The notes under the pieces are model-generated. The model saw only the letters and a list, made by a program, of their open reading frames with translations, was not told the origin of the DNA and did no database searches. DNA of 63,872 nucleotides, counting the filler, from Blastocystis sp. subtype 4 (Eukaryota), in the NCBI RefSeq assembly GCF_000743755.1. It is 4 parts of 4 records of this genome, joined end to end, with 100 filler letters (N's around TTAATTAATTAA, not from the genome) between each part and the next. Parts side by side here need not be neighbours in the genome. Positions count along the whole stretch, not along the records: positions 54,196 to 63,872 come from NW_014569199.1; 3 more parts are not named here. One strand, written 5' to 3'. Position numbers and translations under genes: made by a program. Below are positions 62,176 to 63,872 of this stretch, piece after piece (position 1 is the first letter of the stretch; each line of letters starts with the position of its first letter).

Positions 62176-63872
62176 ATGTTTGTCTGTTTGTTTATAGAGG
62201 CAAGTTTTTAAGAGCCATCTACGGGTTTTTGGAGTTTCTTTTTTCTCATAATAGGTTCTGGGAGTTGTCAGCTGGGGTCTTTTACGTGTCCATTTAGACC
62301 AGTTTTGTACATTTGTCCAGTACCGACAGAAACTACCGAAATAGCGTTCGAATTGTTGAAACAATGTGGAAGCATCAAGAGAATCGAAATAGTGCAAAAT
62401 CACCTGATTCAGGGAATTCTAAATCTGGTCCTATGTTTGAAGAGTGCTCAAGTTGGTCTTTCGAGTCGTTTGTCAGTCCGTAGATTGTCATAGCACTGGC
62501 CAGTCTGGAAGGTTCTGTAATTCTTGCGGAGCAAGGTAGTGCATTCTGAGAGTCTAACACCCAGATTATCCAGTATACACGGAACCACGATTAGTTCTGG
62601 AAATGGAGACATTTCGCAGCTGAGTGTAGGTCCTATAAGAGGTTTTTACTGTAGGTCTCTACAGATGAGGCTTGGTATGGAAGTAGTGGGAAGGCCATCC
62701 TAGGAAAGTAGAATTGGGTTCTTTTGTTGATTGGGTAGCTTCAATGATCCTTCGCAGCCTTCCAGTCTCTTGGGAGGTGGTATGCCAAGTTATTCAGGAA
62801 GAAGGTTTTCGCTGGATGTGGGAGAAGATGGCTTTCTCCTCAGCAACGGGTCTGGAGTAGACTACCTCCAGTCGACAATTCAGATTCCCCAAAGCAAAAG
62901 TTCTCTAAATGGATCGTTACTCTCTCATTCATCTTCGCAACTTCCAGTTCGTCGTAGAGCATCAACATCCAGTGCTCTACTCTTTAGTCCTTCCAACTTA
63001 GGAGATGATCCGTTTTTTGGTGATCTGTCATATGATGGTGATCCCTTTGAGACTTCCCAAGGTACTTATTTGAATTCCCCATCAATCTCAGATCCTCTGT
63101 TTGGCCATCTCCATGGCCGTAGCTCGCTTTCAATCGATCCGGCCGATCCTCTGGCATCTACCAATTCATTGGGAATGGAATCATCTCTCCATGGAGCATC
63201 ATCTCTGCGGTCATCACACTTCCCTCTCAATGCCTCGTTTATGCCATTTGATCAGAACTATTCTCTTGGGCAGAATCTTGATTTTCCCGCAGAACCATTG
63301 GATGACTCCAAACCACTCTTCCGACCTGGTCGTTCCTTCAGTGAGATTGATATGAGCACATTGCCTGATTCAATTGATCTCACTCCGGGTTCCTTACTAG
63401 CTGAGGGACCTTCTAGTCTGCGCAGCATCCGAAATGGGAGTTACAATACGGGCGTTACATGTTGGAATGATGAAAGGTGTTGAATATTAGATGAGAATGC
63501 TCGTCCTCTGTTAATGAAGCGAAATAGTTTGAATACCACACATTCAGTGTCACATCTCCCAGATGATAACGCATTGAACCTCACGGAACCATCTCGCTCT
63601 CCTCCTGCGGGAGGCGTAGTGAAGGGTTCGATAAACTTTCCTGCTAACCGTTCAGCTCGTATGACCTCCAATGATTTGTCACGATCGTCCTCGCAAAGTC
63701 GTAGTGTGTCTCCTGTAAAGGAGACATCTCCAACGGAGACATCACATCGTTCGCCTCCAGTAAATGTAAAGCACTTTGGTATGAGAATAAGCGAGAGTTG
63801 ATTGTTAGATGCATCAGAACTAAAGAAGTGGCATGAGTTCGAAGTCTTCCGTGGTCGTGTCGTTGAAATGGT
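62176..63872 (+). CDS. Ser-rich protein running off the window, probably a Pumilio/PUF RNA-binding protein; start uncertain
   Basis: Long low-complexity Ser-rich exons; final residues FEVFRGRVVEM resemble the start of a PUM-HD. Confidence 0.4.

Overview
Gene-dense eukaryotic nuclear DNA, almost certainly from the anaerobic gut stramenopile Blastocystis. This is inferred from ~25-35 nt GT-AG introns throughout, a TGTTTGTT motif just behind most 3' ends, and a succinyl-CoA synthetase beta that closely resembles the Blastocystis enzyme. Three 100-N joins containing a TTAATTAATTAA linker split the window into four contigs whose adjacency is unproven. About 40 mostly spliced protein genes are recognisable (tRNA modifiers, organelle-targeted enzymes, trafficking, cell cycle, splicing), plus one tRNA-Phe and two 5S rRNA-like copies. 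The six-frame ORF track is fragmented by introns. Most notable: (1) a SelT/Rdx-family selenoprotein whose N-terminus the ORF track misses, with in-frame CGGU(TGA) and a well-formed type II SECIS; (2) two inverted 5S rRNA copies with different, complementary internal deletions bracketing one membrane-protein gene; (3) at least six genes whose stop codon is probably completed by polyadenylation 5 nt upstream of TGTTTGTT; (4) an N-acylated Rab lacking C-terminal cysteines; (5) divergent start codons only 25-55 bp apart; (6) an unusually long 5'UTR intron in RPL21. Exon boundaries and family calls were made by eye, and no searches were run.
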